In this document: in pieces, positions 51,416-52,289 of the stretch
Position numbering within the stretch: position 1 is the first letter of the stretch
Layout: each line of letters starts with the position of its first letter
Virus record (IMG/VR): IMGVR_UViG_3300028840_003294
Span: 1 to 52,289 of that record
From: a virus
Taxonomy: Duplodnaviria; Caudoviricetes
Reading direction: 5' to 3' (one strand)
DNA: 52,289 bases
Notes under the pieces: generated by a model
What the model was told of the DNA's origin: nothing
Database searches by the model: none
What the model saw: the letters and a program-made list of their open reading frames with translations, nothing else
Translations under genes and position numbers: made by a program

Positions 51416-51483
51416 CGTGACGGTAACGCGGGGACGAGCGCCCCGCGTCGCGGTCACACTACGACCGAGAACAGGAGTGAAGA
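51416..51483 (+). promoter_or_regulatory. Intergenic hairpin plus CGGTC-Nx-GACCGAGAA-RBS element (copy 2)
   Basis: acgcgggg/ccccgcgt stem; cggtc at 51451; gaccgagaa at 51463. Confidence 0.6.
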
Positions 51484-51687
51484 ATGCGAGGAATAGAGAA
51501 ATACGGCGAGCAGGGATTGTACGACGTCAGCAATCAAGCGACCGACGAGTGTGACAGCTGTCACCGCATGGCGCCCGGGCGTTGGACAACGGACGACGAG
51601 GAAGGCGGTTCCGAATGGTTCCTTTGCGACCGCTGCGCCCGCACCATCCGACAGCTGCGGCACGACGTACCGGAGCCCACCCAATGA
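51484..51687 (+). CDS. Small zinc-finger protein
   Basis: CDSC...LCDRC; AGGAG RBS. Confidence 0.7.
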   Translation: MRGIEKYGEQGLYDVSNQATDECDSCHRMAPGRWTTDDEEGGSEWFLCDRCARTIRQLRHDVPEPTQ

Positions 51688-51911
51688 AACCCGGGGACAT
51701 TCGCGCCATTTACGTACTGTCAAGCATTCGGCCGAATCAAGCACCGAACCGATACGCAGTTAACGAGAGCCCGAACGAGCGCCGCGGGCACGTTATCAAA
51801 ATTGATTTTGAAAGGGGCTCGGACCTTGACGCATACCGCGTCCATTTCGACGACGGATTAAGTGTACAGGTCCGATCGGAGCGCGTGCCGCGGGTGGAGT
51901 ATTTCGAATGA
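51684..51911 (+). CDS. Hypothetical protein
   Basis: ATGA coupling at both ends. Confidence 0.65.
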   Translation: MKPGDIRAIYVLSSIRPNQAPNRYAVNESPNERRGHVIKIDFERGSDLDAYRVHFDDGLSVQVRSERVPRVEYFE

Positions 51912-52249
51912 ACGACGAATTCAAACTCACGAGCGAACACGCTAACCCCGGGCAAGGCTCAATGTTCGACGACCAAGAGCCCGCGCCCGAGGGAAAACAC
52001 AGGGCCGAGCTCCTCGTTTATCTTGCCACGCGAGGCGGGTTCGCGATGGTTTCGGACTTCCTCGAAAGCCTGAATTTTGAGGTTATCACAACGGGCGCCT
52101 GTATCAAATGCTGGGCACCGCGGCGAATGGTTGACCACGGGCCCGGCACCCGTGCTTATTGCCAGGACTGCTATACGCACACAGTCTGCCGAGCTCTGGA
52201 CATCGAAGCGAACAACATTCCCGGGTTCGTTAGCCCGAAACCAGAGTGA
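51908..52249 (+). CDS. Zinc-finger hypothetical protein
   Basis: CIKC...YCQDC. Confidence 0.7.
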   Translation: MNDEFKLTSEHANPGQGSMFDDQEPAPEGKHRAELLVYLATRGGFAMVSDFLESLNFEVITTGACIKCWAPRRMVDHGPGTRAYCQDCYTHTVCRALDIEANNIPGFVSPKPE

Positions 52250-52289
52250 AACCGAGAGAGGGTCCGCCCGCGGGGCCCTGTTTCGGTCG
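52146..52289. repeat. Terminal direct repeat, right copy
   Basis: Identical to 1-144. Confidence 0.97.

Overview
This window appears to be a complete, circularly permuted dsDNA tailed-phage genome of 52,145 unique bp; bases 1-144 recur exactly at 52146-52289. Two arms diverge from a ~700-bp non-coding control region (49282-49992). The + arm runs from 49993 through the join to 11225. It carries an ArdC-like anti-restriction gene, small early ORFs, a putative annealing protein plus PD-(D/E)XK nuclease, a secreted putative thioester-domain protein, a sulfotransferase/methyltransferase/glycosyltransferase trio, RusA and an overlapping spanin pair. The - arm runs from 49281 to 11289. It carries an XRE HTH protein, a replication initiator with internal iterons, small ORFs, terminase, portal, scaffold, capsid, an Ig-like repeat protein, amidase, holin-like genes, adaptor, fibre, beta-propeller tail proteins and a 2383-aa LPD38-type internal virion protein. 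The layout is podovirus-like with no tape measure; the spanins imply a diderm host. I recognise no integrase, polymerase, helicase, tRNA or CRISPR array. The most notable signals are in the control region: a 28-bp XerC/XerD dif-like site, and a complete sigma54-type enhancer promoter (two TGACG-N5-CGTCA palindromes, an IHF-like site and GG-N10-GC) upstream of ardC with no phage-encoded activator. All product calls come from motif recognition by eye, not database searches.
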